A stretch of 31,623 bases of DNA from positions 1 to 31,623 of the forward strand of contig CAYUDR010000002.1 of NCBI GenBank assembly GCA_964443705.1. Direction: 5' to 3'. The stretch comes from an uncultured Planctomycetia bacterium. Lineage in GTDB: Bacteria; Omnitrophota; Gorgyraeia; DAOVKU01. Made by a program: the position numbers and the translations under genes. Position 1 is the stretch's first letter; the number at the start of each line of letters is the position of its first letter. Below the pieces are notes generated by a model. It did not search any database and was not told the origin of the DNA. It was given only the letters and a program-made list of their open reading frames with translations. This document shows positions 1 to 7,223 of the stretch, one piece after another.

Positions 1-1
1 G

Positions 2-1255
2 TTTTTATTTTGCAGCATAAATTGTGCAAAAAAAGAAGAAGCTCTTAAAGATAAAACCTTAATCAAGGTTGCCTACTGGGGCAGCCCCGAAGAAGTTGAG
101 ATTATTACTGATACAATTAGTGCCTGGCAGAAAAATCATCCTGATATCTATGTTAAGTTGGAGCACACTCCCGGTAGTGATTATGTTAATAAACTTCTTA
201 CGCGTATCGCCGGTGGAGCGCCGCCTGATGTGGCCTTTACGGAAGTTAATATCTTTGTTACTTTCTCCAATAAAAATGTCTTTCTTGATTTAAGGCCCTT
301 TATAGAAAATGATGCGGAATTTAACTTAGATGACTTTTTTCCTGAGGTCGTGGATAGATTTAAAGTCGATGGCGGCATTTATGCTATTCCGCGCGATACA
401 GCGCCTTTTGCCTGCGTATATTACAATAAAAATCTTTTTGACCGGGCCGGTCTTCCCTACCCAACAGATGATTGGGATTGGAACGATTTATTAGAGAAAG
501 CTCAGAAATTAACAAAGACCGATGAAAAAGGCAGGACTATTCAATATGCTTTTTATGCCTGGGCATGGCAGAACTTCGTTTATTTTAACGGCGGAAAGGT
601 GGTAAACAACGTCAAAAAACCTACCAGATGCTTGCTTGACAAGCCCGGGGCAATTGAGGGTTTACAAATGTTTCAGGATTTATTCCATAAATACAAAGTA
701 GCCCCCACTCCCGCCGCCATGACTAATATGGGCATGGGTTCTAATCAGATGTTTATGACCGGACGCCTGGCTATGTATGGTTCTGGCATCTGGGAAACGC
801 CCGTTTTGCGAAAGATTAAAGACTTTGACTGGGATATTGTGATGTTTCCCAAAGGGCCCGGAGGAAAACGCGGTTTTGCAACAGGTGGTTCTGGATACAC
901 TATTCTTAAAAGCACCAAACATCCCCAGGAGGCCTGGGAAGTGGTGAAGGCCCTGGCGGCCGCCAAAGCACAAATAATGTTAGCCAAGACAGGGCTTGCC
1001 CAGCCAGCCAATAGAAAGATTGCTGAAGGCCCTTACTGGGCAGGCAGCAAAGAACAGCCCTTAAATAAAAGCATGTTAAATGAAGCCGTAAAATATGCCA
1101 TTTATGATCCTTTCAATACAAAATGGAGGGAGATACAAGATTTGTATATCTATCCTCAGATGGATTTGCTTTATAGCGGAGATATAAACGCCGAAGAATT
1201 TGCCAATAGGGTAGTGCCTGAAATTAATAAAATACTGCAAAGCACTTCAGAATAA
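2..1255 (+). CDS. Sugar ABC transporter substrate-binding lipoprotein (family 1), 5'-partial
   Basis: The frame is open from position 2 (FLFCSINCAKKEEALKDKTLIKVAYWGSPEE...), so the ORF-track start at 158 is internal. SBP motifs: IAGGAPPDVA, YYNKNLFDRAGLPYPTDDWDWNDL, FMTGRLAMY, WDIVMFP. Possible lipobox Cys near the window edge. Confidence 0.9.
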   Translation, partial: FLFCSINCAKKEEALKDKTLIKVAYWGSPEEVEIITDTISAWQKNHPDIYVKLEHTPGSDYVNKLLTRIAGGAPPDVAFTEVNIFVTFSNKNVFLDLRPFIENDAEFNLDDFFPEVVDRFKVDGGIYAIPRDTAPFACVYYNKNLFDRAGLPYPTDDWDWNDLLEKAQKLTKTDEKGRTIQYAFYAWAWQNFVYFNGGKVVNNVKKPTRCLLDKPGAIEGLQMFQDLFHKYKVAPTPAAMTNMGMGSNQMFMTGRLAMYGSGIWETPVLRKIKDFDWDIVMFPKGPGGKRGFATGGSGYTILKSTKHPQEAWEVVKALAAAKAQIMLAKTGLAQPANRKIAEGPYWAGSKEQPLNKSMLNEAVKYAIYDPFNTKWREIQDLYIYPQMDLLYSGDINAEEFANRVVPEINKILQSTSE

Positions 1256-1290
1256 ACAAAAAATTACCTTATTTTAACATAACTTTCCTC

Positions 1291-1319
1291 TTGACAATAC
1301 CCCCATCATGGGGTATTAT
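1291..1319 (+). promoter_or_regulatory. sigma70-type promoter for the PEP-CTERM gene
   Basis: TTGACA(1291-1296)-17 nt-TATTAT(1314-1319). The spacer carries the inverted repeat AATACCCC/GGGGTATT. Confidence 0.8.
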
Positions 1320-1333
1320 CTTTTACCAGTTAA

Positions 1334-1347
1334 GGTAAACGTTTTCC
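1334..1347. promoter_or_regulatory. LacI-family operator, copy 1
   Basis: GGTAAACGTTTTCC: palindromic with a central CG and A/T arms, just downstream of the -10. Confidence 0.75.
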
Positions 1348-1392
1348 CTAAATATAAAGGGCTTTTTAAAGCCCGTTTTTAAGGCACATTAA

Positions 1393-1406
1393 GGAAAGCG
1401 ATTTCC
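1393..1406. promoter_or_regulatory. LacI-family operator, copy 2
   Basis: GGAAAGCGATTTCC, with the same flanks as copy 1 (TTAAGG...TTTCCCTAAA). Confidence 0.7.
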
Positions 1407-1435
1407 CTAAAATTAAGAAAAGGAGGTGAAAAAGA

Positions 1436-2140
1436 ATGAAGAAACTTATTATCACGTCATTAATTTTGGTAGTAGCCCTTTTAGGTTTTCAGGCACAAGC
1501 TCGTGCCGGCAATTTGTTAGCTGATCCGGGTTTTGAGAGCTACAGCACTGCTTGGACTGGGCTGGGTTGGACTGATACACCTTGGTATGGCGGCGGCGGT
1601 GGCGGTATCGAGGGCAATTTCGATATCGGTGGCGGTGCAGGCATAAACAATAGTTACGCTTATGATGGAATAAATTCTGCTACGTTGTACCAATTCGGTA
1701 CTTCGGCCGATGGCCAAACATGGTCCTATGCCGTACTTGGTCAGAAAAACATTATTCCAATTAGCGGAAATACTACTTACACTGCTTCCGTTATTGCTAA
1801 AAGACTTGGCAGTGTAGCAAACGCACAGGGTTACCTAAAGATTAAGTGGTTAAACAGCCTTGGTGCAGTAGTCTCAGAGGAAGCGGGTACTTCACAGCTA
1901 ACTGATAGCGATCCAGTAGATACTTGGATATTGCTTAGCGACAACTTTGTGTCGCCAGAGACAGCGGCTAAAGCCAAGTTCGAAGTGGTTTTTGACAGAA
2001 CTACGATGACAGCAGTGGCGCCGGAGAACATAGTCGTCGATGCTGCTAGCTTTGACGTTATTCCTGAGCCGGCGAGCATGTTACTGCTTGGCAGCGGATT
2101 AGTTGGTTTATTGGGATTGAGTAGAAGAAAAAGAAGTTAG
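1436..2140 (+). CDS. PEP-CTERM sorting-domain surface protein with CBM-like (NPGFE-type beta-sandwich) domain
   Basis: Signal peptide ending AQA-RA; NLLADPGFE start motif; VVDAASF end motif; C-terminal IPEPASMLLLGSGLVGLLGLSRRKRS; strong RBS AAGGAGGTGA. Confidence 0.9.
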   Translation: MKKLIITSLILVVALLGFQAQARAGNLLADPGFESYSTAWTGLGWTDTPWYGGGGGGIEGNFDIGGGAGINNSYAYDGINSATLYQFGTSADGQTWSYAVLGQKNIIPISGNTTYTASVIAKRLGSVANAQGYLKIKWLNSLGAVVSEEAGTSQLTDSDPVDTWILLSDNFVSPETAAKAKFEVVFDRTTMTAVAPENIVVDAASFDVIPEPASMLLLGSGLVGLLGLSRRKRS

Positions 2141-2154
2141 TTCTCCAAAGACAT

Positions 2155-2218
2155 AAATAGGGGGGCTCATCAATTTTCGCTTCGCCGTTTTTGAGTGAAA
2201 AACCGAGCCCCTTATTTT
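2155..2218 (+). terminator. Long imperfect stem-loop or terminator after the PEP-CTERM gene
   Basis: Outer arms AAATAGGGGGGCTC / GAGCCCCTTATTTT; inner arms TTTTCGCT / AGTGAAAA. Confidence 0.6.
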
Positions 2219-2270
2219 GTGAAGGTTTTTATAGTTACGTTTTATGATATTGTTTTTGAAATAGGTGTTA

Positions 2271-2299
2271 TTGGGTTTTCTTAAATTGTATGTTATACT
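2271..2299 (+). promoter_or_regulatory. Extended -10 promoter
   Basis: TGtTATACT (2291-2299), with TTGGGT 17 nt upstream. Confidence 0.5.
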
Positions 2300-2353
2300 A
2301 AATAGGCCTTTAAGATTTAAAAATTAACTCTGGACAGACAATAGGGAAATATT

Positions 2354-3553
2354 ATGAAAAAAGATTTTAAAATGAGAAATTTTTTAAGATGTTTTGTAGT
2401 TTGCGTCATTCTTTCTATGATTATATTTTCCTGGGGCTGTGCTTCTTTATCGCAGAAGGGCAAAGCGAAGGTAATACCGCAGGCTATTCTCAGTCAAAAT
2501 GAGAATTGCAGCAGGGTTTATGAATGGCTGAAGAACCTTCAGGTTCCTAACGGTCTCTTGGAGAGTTCAGACAACAGTAATTTTGTATCTCTGTATGATA
2601 ACTCCCTGGCAGCTATTGTGTTTTCAGCCAAAGGCGATTATAAGAGTGCCGAGATGATATTTGATTTTTTCAATTCCCGCATTGAAAGCGAACTCAAACA
2701 ATCTCCGGGTGGTTTTGGTCAGTTTCGCGACCGAAGGGGAATTCCGGCAGAAGGGAAACCGCATCGCTGGTTGGGAGATAATGCCTGGCTGCTTATAGCC
2801 ATAAATAATTACCATAAACTGTCCGGAAATAAAAAATATTCCCGGCTTGCCGAGGAACTTGAGGGCTGGATACGCTCACTGCAGGATGAAGCAAACGGAG
2901 GCCTCTGGAGTGGATTTGATAAAAATGGTAAAAGAATTGAAAAATCAACCGAAGGCATCATCGATTCCTTTAATGCAGTTAGCGGTTATGATTCTTTTCA
3001 CAGCAGGATACTTCAATATCTTGGAACACAATACTGGCAGCCCGATGAAAAAACATTCCTTGCCTGGAAAGAACATCCTAAATATAAATATGCCCTTGAC
3101 TTGCACTCCTGGGGATACAGTGGTTTTGAGAATATGCCACAGGCCCTAATTGAACAGGCCGATAAATTTCGCACGACAAAAATAGCTACTGTCAACGATA
3201 GAAATATAACAGGATTTTGTTTTGACCTGGATTTAGATAATATCTGGTTAGAGGGGACCGGAGAAATGGTTGTGGCTTATCGGAGCGCCGGGATGGACTT
3301 TATGGCAGAATACTATCTCAGGGAGCTTGAGAAAATGATTGTTTCTAGCTCAAAAAATCCTAAGCTGGGGGGAATTCCTTATGCTACCAACCCAGGCACA
3401 CATTACGGAACGGGCCGGTTATGGGATGGGGCAGATCGGTATCCCTGCATTGCCTCCTCTGCCTGGTATTTGTTAGGGAAATGGGGCTATGACCCAATGG
3501 AGGCAGGAAGAGATAAAAATATTCCCGCCCGGGATATGTTCTGGGTAAAATAA
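2354..3553 (+). CDS. Lipoprotein with uncharacterised (alpha/alpha)6 six-hairpin glycosidase-like domain (paralog 1)
   Basis: Lipobox FSWGC. Motifs YDNSL, WLGDNAWLLIA, TEGIID, DNIWLEGT, GIPYA and SAWYLL are shared with the ORFs at 5472 and 11560. The fold is inferred, not computed. Confidence 0.7.
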   Translation: MKKDFKMRNFLRCFVVCVILSMIIFSWGCASLSQKGKAKVIPQAILSQNENCSRVYEWLKNLQVPNGLLESSDNSNFVSLYDNSLAAIVFSAKGDYKSAEMIFDFFNSRIESELKQSPGGFGQFRDRRGIPAEGKPHRWLGDNAWLLIAINNYHKLSGNKKYSRLAEELEGWIRSLQDEANGGLWSGFDKNGKRIEKSTEGIIDSFNAVSGYDSFHSRILQYLGTQYWQPDEKTFLAWKEHPKYKYALDLHSWGYSGFENMPQALIEQADKFRTTKIATVNDRNITGFCFDLDLDNIWLEGTGEMVVAYRSAGMDFMAEYYLRELEKMIVSSSKNPKLGGIPYATNPGTHYGTGRLWDGADRYPCIASSAWYLLGKWGYDPMEAGRDKNIPARDMFWVK

Positions 3554-3600
3554 AATATATTTTATTTTAGTTTATGAAATTCTTTATTATTATATCCTTC

Positions 3601-3629
3601 TTGACAAAAAGATTTAAGTATGTTATATT
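3601..3629 (+). promoter_or_regulatory. sigma70-type promoter
   Basis: TTGACA(3601-3606)-17-TATATT(3624-3629), with an extended TGn. Confidence 0.85.
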
Positions 3630-3640
3630 CCCTTTCACGA

Positions 3641-3657
3641 AGGAAAACGTTTTTCCT
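3641..3657. promoter_or_regulatory. LacI-family operator (probable autoregulation)
   Basis: AGGAAAACGTTTTTCCT between the -10 and RBS of the LacI gene; same motif as 1334 and 1393. Confidence 0.8.
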
Positions 3658-3670
3658 CGAGGGAGAAGGG

Positions 3671-4705
3671 ATGGCCTATACATATAAAGATATTGCCAGG
3701 AAAACAGGTGTTTCTATTACTACCATCTCAAGGGTAATAAACAAAAGGGACTTGCATAAAGTTGGTAAGAGGAGTCAGAAAAAAGTAGAGGCTGTAATAA
3801 AAAAACTGAACTTCACTCCCAATATAATCGCAAGGAGTTTAGTCAGTAGAAAGACTTTTAATATAGCCATAGCCATAAAAGACCTTGAAGATATAATTAA
3901 TCCTTATTTCAGCCAGGTAATAAGCGGTATCGCCTATGTTCTTGAACACAAAGGATATTACCTGCAGCTGGTAAGGACTATATCCAGCAAACAGCCCCCT
4001 CTTTCTCCATATTATCTTAAGGCTATTTGGGAAAAGAGGGTTGATGGACTCCTGTTATTGAGTGAAGAAGCAAAGGATAAAGAAGTAATTGAACTCTATA
4101 AAAAAAAGTTTCCCCTGGTTTTAATTAACAGGTATATAAAAGACAAAAATATACCCTCTATTTTAATTGATAATGAAAAAGGCGTTTATCTTGCCACAAA
4201 GGCCCTCATAGACCTGGGGCATGAGAAAATAGTTTTTATGAGTGGTGCTTTAAAATTCCAGCTGGACCAGGATAGGCTTAAAGGTTATAAAAAAGCGCTT
4301 TTGGAAAATAATATTAAATTTGATAAAGGGTTGGTAAGAGAAGGTTTTTTTGAATTTGATAAGACAACTTCTGCTCTCAGGCCCCTGCTTGAGCAAAAAA
4401 AGCCCTTTAGTGCTATAGTAGCTTCAGATGACGTGATGGCCCTGGCTTGTATTACCGCCTTGAAAAAAAAAGGCATGGCAGTGCCGGATGATATTTCGGT
4501 CATTGGCTTTAATGATATGTTGCTTGTGCCTGTGGCCTCACCCACGCTTTCGTCTATGAGATTGCCCTTGGCTGATATGGGTAAGGAAGCTGCACATATG
4601 CTGTTAGAGATAATAAACAAGGAAAAGCTAAAAAGAAAAACCATTACTTTTACTCCCGAATTAATAAAACGTGAATCTATCGCACCACATGAAAGTAAAA
4701 AATAA
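3671..4705 (+). CDS. LacI family transcriptional regulator
   Basis: HTH TYKDIARKTGVSITTISRVIN; hinge FTPNIIARSL; C-terminal PDDISVIGFND and PTLSSMRLP. I use the ATG at 3671 (RBS GGGAGAAGGG) because the ORF-track ATG at 3620 lies inside the promoter. Confidence 0.95.
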   Translation: MAYTYKDIARKTGVSITTISRVINKRDLHKVGKRSQKKVEAVIKKLNFTPNIIARSLVSRKTFNIAIAIKDLEDIINPYFSQVISGIAYVLEHKGYYLQLVRTISSKQPPLSPYYLKAIWEKRVDGLLLLSEEAKDKEVIELYKKKFPLVLINRYIKDKNIPSILIDNEKGVYLATKALIDLGHEKIVFMSGALKFQLDQDRLKGYKKALLENNIKFDKGLVREGFFEFDKTTSALRPLLEQKKPFSAIVASDDVMALACITALKKKGMAVPDDISVIGFNDMLLVPVASPTLSSMRLPLADMGKEAAHMLLEIINKEKLKRKTITFTPELIKRESIAPHESKK

Positions 4706-4721
4706 AAAAGGGGTGATGAAA

Positions 4722-5384
4722 ATGAAGAAAGTATTAACGCTGTTTATATTCCTGGTTTTGGCGTGGGGGGTAGGGACGGCGGGGTTTGCAGAAGAGGATT
4801 TGCTTATCACAGATTTTGAAAAACATCCTAATTGTCTTGGTGGACAGGTTGGTGTTTATGGAGCAGGTAATCCAAATTGGTCTAACACCGTAGAGCCCTA
4901 CAGCTGGTATTACACACCCGAGGTAAAAGATTACAAAAAGGAGAATGTGGTCAGCGGAAAACAATCATTCAGGCTGGTTAATGGAAATAGCCCGGACAGC
5001 GATGTGGGCTGGGCAAGTTTCGGACTCGATTTGGGCCCCATTCTTGATGCAAGCGTCGTTCCTATTAAGGTCGAGCCCGTCGATGTCAGCGGTTATAAGT
5101 ATCTTGTTTTCTGGGCTAAGGGAGAAAAGGGCGGTGAGAAGTTAATAATCAACTTCAGAGATGCCAACAGCATAAATTATATGCCGCAGTTTCAATACAA
5201 AGTAGAAAAGCCGCTTACTACCAAGTGGCAAAAGATTATAGTTCCCCTGGGCGATGTTTACAATGTTGATTTTAAAGGTTTAGTCCATACTGGGCTTGCC
5301 TTTGGCGTAGATGCCGACAATGAAATGGGCACTATAATTTATGTAGACGATTTTGCTTTTAGCAATAATCGTGCACTTCAGTAA
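4722..5384 (+). CDS. Secreted stand-alone carbohydrate-binding-like protein (CBM11/CIA30-like beta-sandwich)
   Basis: Signal peptide MKKVLTLFIFLVLAWGVGTAGFA; LITDFE...DVSGYKYLVFWAKG...KWQKIIVPL...IYVDDFAF; RBS AGGGGTGA supports the ATG at 4722 (4716 is an alternative). Confidence 0.75.
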   Translation: MKKVLTLFIFLVLAWGVGTAGFAEEDLLITDFEKHPNCLGGQVGVYGAGNPNWSNTVEPYSWYYTPEVKDYKKENVVSGKQSFRLVNGNSPDSDVGWASFGLDLGPILDASVVPIKVEPVDVSGYKYLVFWAKGEKGGEKLIINFRDANSINYMPQFQYKVEKPLTTKWQKIIVPLGDVYNVDFKGLVHTGLAFGVDADNEMGTIIYVDDFAFSNNRALQ

Positions 5385-5406
5385 TTACAAGAAAATTGTT
5401 GACTTG

Positions 5407-5443
5407 AGGCCCTTGAAATTTATTCAGGGGCCTTTTGTTTTTT
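5407..5443 (+). terminator. Intrinsic terminator
   Basis: AGGCCCTTGAA-attta-TTCAGGGGCCT followed by a T-rich tract. Confidence 0.75.
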
Positions 5444-5471
5444 CTGCAATTTTAAGGTAAAATTAAAGGCA

Positions 5472-7211
5472 ATGAAAAAAATATTTATACTTATTGTTCT
5501 TTTATTTTTTTTCACAAACACTAGTCTTGCGGGTAAAATGACAGGAGAAGTCCGGCCCGGACTTTCCAATGGGCTTTATAAATGGTTTAGTTGCCAGCAG
5601 GATAAAAACCGCTTTCTTTTATTTTTTTCAAGCGGCCTGGTTCCCAGTTATGAAGGCGGCAAGGATTGTTTTACTTATGATGAGGCATTATCTATTTTTG
5701 TTTTTACTCTCTATGGGGATTATGAACGGGCTAAAAAAATCCTTAAGTTCTATGACGGCGTTTATGAAAAACAAAAAGCGCGTTCTGGTAAATTTATGGG
5801 TTTTACGGATGTATATAAGAGAAATGGCAAAGAGACCGAAACCTGGGCCGCAGGCCCAAACGCCTGGCTTTTAATGGCTATTAATTACTATACTTATCAG
5901 ACAGATGATAGACAATTTCTGGATTTATCCAGGGCTATAGCGGATTGGTTAATATCTATTGAGGCAGTTGAAGGGGGGGTAACCGGTGGTTTCTTTGGTA
6001 ATGGTGAGCCCATGGCGTGGATATCATGTGAACATAATTTCGACTGCTTTGCGGCTTTCAGAGATTTATATATACTTACGCGCAATGAGAAATATGCCCG
6101 GGCAGCTGCCAGGACAAAAGAATGGCTGCTTAAAGGCGGGTGGAACGAGAAGGAGAGTAGATTTAATATGGGCAGTTTTAATCCCAATTATGCCACTGAT
6201 CTTTCCTCCTGGGCTGTTTTAAGCTTAGGAACCGAATTTACTCCTACCCTTTCCTTTGCGATTGACAAAGCACTCAATAAACAGTATTATGAAAAAAAGC
6301 AGATAGAAATCGAAGGTTTTGATTTTGGCGCTCCTTATATAAAGAGCCCTTATCCCGATAAAGACGCGGTATGGTTTGAAGGCACGGCTCACATGGTCCT
6401 GGCTTTTTATCTGGCAGGGCAAGCAAAAGAAGCCGATTACTTTTTAGGGCAGTTAAAAAAAGCTATTATAAAGAGTGATAGATACAAAGAAGCAGCCGGC
6501 CTGCCTTATGCTTCAAATAAAGGCACACCACCCTACGGCGGCTGGATGATGGAAGCTGGCCCCATATCGGTGGCGGCAAGCGCCTGGTATATATTTGCCA
6601 CAGAAAAATTTAATCCTTTTGATATGACAGGTAATTTAGAAGAGGTAAATAAAGAATTAGAAAATTTTGAGAAAAATACGGAATTTACTTTTTATCCTGT
6701 CATAGATAATTTTGAATATAAAAAAACACAACTTCTAAGCACTTATCCCAAAGATTTTATAATCTCCAGCGCCTTAACTGCTCAGCTTAATCTTTCGGAG
6801 GAGGCCAAAGAGGGACGAGGCGCTTTAGAAATTGATATAAAGACAGCGCCCACAGGAAAAGATTTTTCATTTTCTATTACCCGCCCCTTTGTGCATCGAC
6901 AGGATTGGTCTGGTTTTAAAAAATTGACTTTCTGGGTCAAGGCCAGCCAGCCATCTGCAGGCAAACTTAAAATTCAGATAAAGGATAAAGAAGGCGAATT
7001 GTGGGATTCTTATTTTATATATTTAAAAGATAACTGGCAAGAAGTAAAATTTGATTTAGCCGACGCCTTTAAAGAAAATAGAAATTACTTACCCGGCTAT
7101 GGCAATGATGAATTTGACACAGATGGTATAATAGCTTTACTATTGGTATTTAATTCTAATGAACCGGATAAAGAAATTAAAATACTGATAGATGAATTAA
7201 GATTGGAATAA
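5472..7211 (+). CDS. Secreted (alpha/alpha)6 glycosidase-like protein (paralog 2) with C-terminal CBM11/CIA30-like domain
   Basis: Signal peptide ending TSLA. Motifs YDEAL, AGPNAWLLMA, SCEHNFD, DAVWFEGT, GLPYAS, SAWYIFA..FNPF. C-terminal module VIDNFE...DWSGFKKLTFWVK...WQEVKFDL...ILIDELRL. Confidence 0.7.
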   Translation: MKKIFILIVLLFFFTNTSLAGKMTGEVRPGLSNGLYKWFSCQQDKNRFLLFFSSGLVPSYEGGKDCFTYDEALSIFVFTLYGDYERAKKILKFYDGVYEKQKARSGKFMGFTDVYKRNGKETETWAAGPNAWLLMAINYYTYQTDDRQFLDLSRAIADWLISIEAVEGGVTGGFFGNGEPMAWISCEHNFDCFAAFRDLYILTRNEKYARAAARTKEWLLKGGWNEKESRFNMGSFNPNYATDLSSWAVLSLGTEFTPTLSFAIDKALNKQYYEKKQIEIEGFDFGAPYIKSPYPDKDAVWFEGTAHMVLAFYLAGQAKEADYFLGQLKKAIIKSDRYKEAAGLPYASNKGTPPYGGWMMEAGPISVAASAWYIFATEKFNPFDMTGNLEEVNKELENFEKNTEFTFYPVIDNFEYKKTQLLSTYPKDFIISSALTAQLNLSEEAKEGRGALEIDIKTAPTGKDFSFSITRPFVHRQDWSGFKKLTFWVKASQPSAGKLKIQIKDKEGELWDSYFIYLKDNWQEVKFDLADAFKENRNYLPGYGNDEFDTDGIIALLLVFNSNEPDKEIKILIDELRLE

Positions 7212-7223
7212 AAAAAGGGGTAT

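Noticed and set aside
1589-1606. GGC/GGT repeat encoding Gly6 in the PEP-CTERM protein as a phase-variable tract
   Set aside because: The triplet repeat is interrupted by synonymous changes, and slippage would not shift the frame. It is probably just a flexible loop.
3620-3670. ORF-track N-terminal extensions (3620, 4671 and 18192 starts) and the internal start at 158
   Set aside because: 3620 overlaps the -10 and operator; 4671 overlaps the upstream gene; 18192 follows directly on a -10; 158 is inside a frame open from the window edge. Signal peptides, the HTH position and RBSs support the starts I used.
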